64,000 nt of DNA from NCBI GenBank assembly GCA_963765675.1, contig CAVXXK010000001.1, positions 544,001 through 608,000 on the forward strand, read 5' to 3'. A program made the translations under genes and the position numbers. The stretch is from an uncultured delta proteobacterium (GTDB taxonomy: Bacteria > Desulfobacterota > Binatia > Binatales > Binataceae). Each line of letters starts with the position of its first letter. Positions within the stretch are counted from its first letter, which is position 1. This document shows positions 62,530 through 64,000 of the stretch, piece by piece. Under the pieces are notes generated by a model. The model searched no databases. It was not told the origin of the DNA and worked only from the letters and a program-made list of their open reading frames with translations.

Positions 62530-63531
62530 CTATCGGCGAGCAATTGATTCCAGGCATCCGGTTTGCCGCAGCACCACGTCGATCGCGGCCTTGTCGGGCA
62601 ATGCGGCGTACTTCTCGCGCAGAGCGCTCAAGGATTTCGCATGATACTTTTGCGGCTTTTGCGTCCAGGTCTTGCCGGCCAACTCGACGCTGAACTCCTC
62701 GGCGCCTTTCGCGAGCGCCGCGGCGTTGGCCACCGTCCACGGCATGAAGAGCCTGCCGACCTGGCGCTCGAGCAGCGGCGTCAAGGTGGGCGCGAGACTC
62801 GACCACGGCTCGAACGGACCTTCGGCCCTCGGCCACAGCATCCGATGGATCCATGCGAGCAGGTTGGGCGCGGTCGCGTTGATGATCGCGCCGGGCGTCG
62901 GATCGGTCCACGCGTTGTACAGTTGCCCCCAGATCGCGAAATCGGCAAACGCGGGACGCTGGCCAAACAGGTAAGCGCGGTTGGCGAAGTGCGGCTCGAG
63001 GATCGCGATCGCGTCGCGGAAAGAGTCCTCGATTTGCGGCGCGGTCACGGGATTCGAGCCCACGAAAGACACGCGATTGACCATCCGCTCGCGCACCATC
63101 GCGATCCCGTTGGCAAGCTGCGCGTCGTCCAGAGTGGGCATCATCGAGCGCGCGATACGCCCCGCGCCCGATAGCTGATCCGCCTCGCGCGCCCATCGAT
63201 AATGGAACATCCACTTGTTGCCCCATTCGTCGCCGAACTCTTCGAGCAGCACCGATATGAACCTCGCGACCGGATCAGTCGGATGAATCGAGGGCTCCGG
63301 ATGAAGCGCCTCGATGTGTTCGATAATCGGGGTGGAATCCTGGATACCTTCGTTGCGCGGGGTCACGACCAGCGGCACGAGCGGAAGCTTCGAGTATTTC
63401 TGGTACTCGCCTTCGGCGTCGAGGCTGCGGGGAATCCATCGATGGGGAATGCCCTTGTAGCGGAAGTACGAACGGACCTTCACCGAGTACGGCGAGAGCT
63501 CGATGCCGTGGATTCGATATACATCAGCCAT
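62530..63531 (-). CDS. glutathione S-transferase family protein
   Basis: SPYSVKVRSYFRYK, VP, DST, EEFGDEW, YLFG.RP.FADF. Confidence 0.85.
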   Translation of the reverse strand: MADVYRIHGIELSPYSVKVRSYFRYKGIPHRWIPRSLDAEGEYQKYSKLPLVPLVVTPRNEGIQDSTPIIEHIEALHPEPSIHPTDPVARFISVLLEEFGDEWGNKWMFHYRWAREADQLSGAGRIARSMMPTLDDAQLANGIAMVRERMVNRVSFVGSNPVTAPQIEDSFRDAIAILEPHFANRAYLFGQRPAFADFAIWGQLYNAWTDPTPGAIINATAPNLLAWIHRMLWPRAEGPFEPWSSLAPTLTPLLERQVGRLFMPWTVANAAALAKGAEEFSVELAGKTWTQKPQKYHAKSLSALREKYAALPDKAAIDVVLRQTGCLESIARR

Positions 63532-63554
63532 TGCAATTGTCCTCCGGTCGCGTC

Positions 63555-63998
63555 TCAGGAAATTTTCGTCTTCGCCTTCAGTCCTCGCTGTTTCAGGCGC
63601 CAGACAAGGAGATCGATCCGATCCTGTCCAAAGAACGGTTCTCCGTCGAAGACGAAGGTCGGAACGCCCCAATGGCCGGCCGCTCGATGATCCGTCTGGT
63701 TCTGTTCGATGCGGCTCTCGTAAGCTTCGGGGTCGGCGGCGATTTCGTGATCCATCGCCGCGAGATCAAGACCCGCGCGCTCGGCGGCTCGAGCAAGATG
63801 GTCACCCTGGTCCCATCCCGCCACCGATCCGCCCCAGATCAGTTTCGAGACCTCGTTGATAAAGGGCAGCCCGCGTCCTTTTTCACTCGCATTGACGCCC
63901 AGCCGCGTGAGCCGATGGATGTAAGGCTGATGAGTGGCGGTTTGCAGAGTCTTCAAATCCTGAACGACCGGATCCGGGCGCGGCCAGCCGAAGGGCAG
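63555..63998 (-). CDS. DsbA/2-hydroxychromene-2-carboxylate isomerase family protein, C-terminal part (runs off the window end)
   Basis: WPRPDPVV, GHWGVPTFVFDGEPFFGQDR. Confidence 0.85.
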   Translation of the reverse strand: MPFGWPRPDPVVQDLKTLQTATHQPYIHRLTRLGVNASEKGRGLPFINEVSKLIWGGSVAGWDQGDHLARAAERAGLDLAAMDHEIAADPEAYESRIEQNQTDHRAAGHWGVPTFVFDGEPFFGQDRIDLLVWRLKQRGLKAKTKIS

Positions 63999-64000
63999 CT

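Overview
GC-rich bacterial chromosomal window of about 50 genes with no rRNA, tRNA, CRISPR array or transposase visible. The gene content (tandem P450s, LLM/F420 oxidoreductases, hemQ, split PCC plus MCM) suggests a soil lineage such as Candidatus Binatota; this is inference only. In order it holds: an Mla/Pqi-type ABC operon, an RND efflux pair, a WYL regulator divergent from recC-recB(D), gnd-zwf, many catabolic enzymes, cbiA-hemQ, a pdaD/MCM/PCC cluster, three tandem P450s under a TetR, and a REP-rich intergenic region. Four things stand out. (1) The WYL gene and recCBD share a 49-bp symmetric bidirectional promoter reading TGTCTT-N10-TATAAT on both strands, the geometry of PafBC-type promoters, suggesting a self-contained ssDNA-sensing WYL-RecBCD module. 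(2) RecB and RecD are read as a single 1749-aa ORF, either a real fusion or a +1 indel. (3) A 101-aa SelW/Rdx selenoprotein (CxxU with a SECIS-like hairpin) is missing from the ORF track. (4) A ~355-bp element folding into a ~285-nt nested hairpin occurs twice in inverted orientation. Two other genes carry +1 frameshifts, so indel errors in the assembly are likely.
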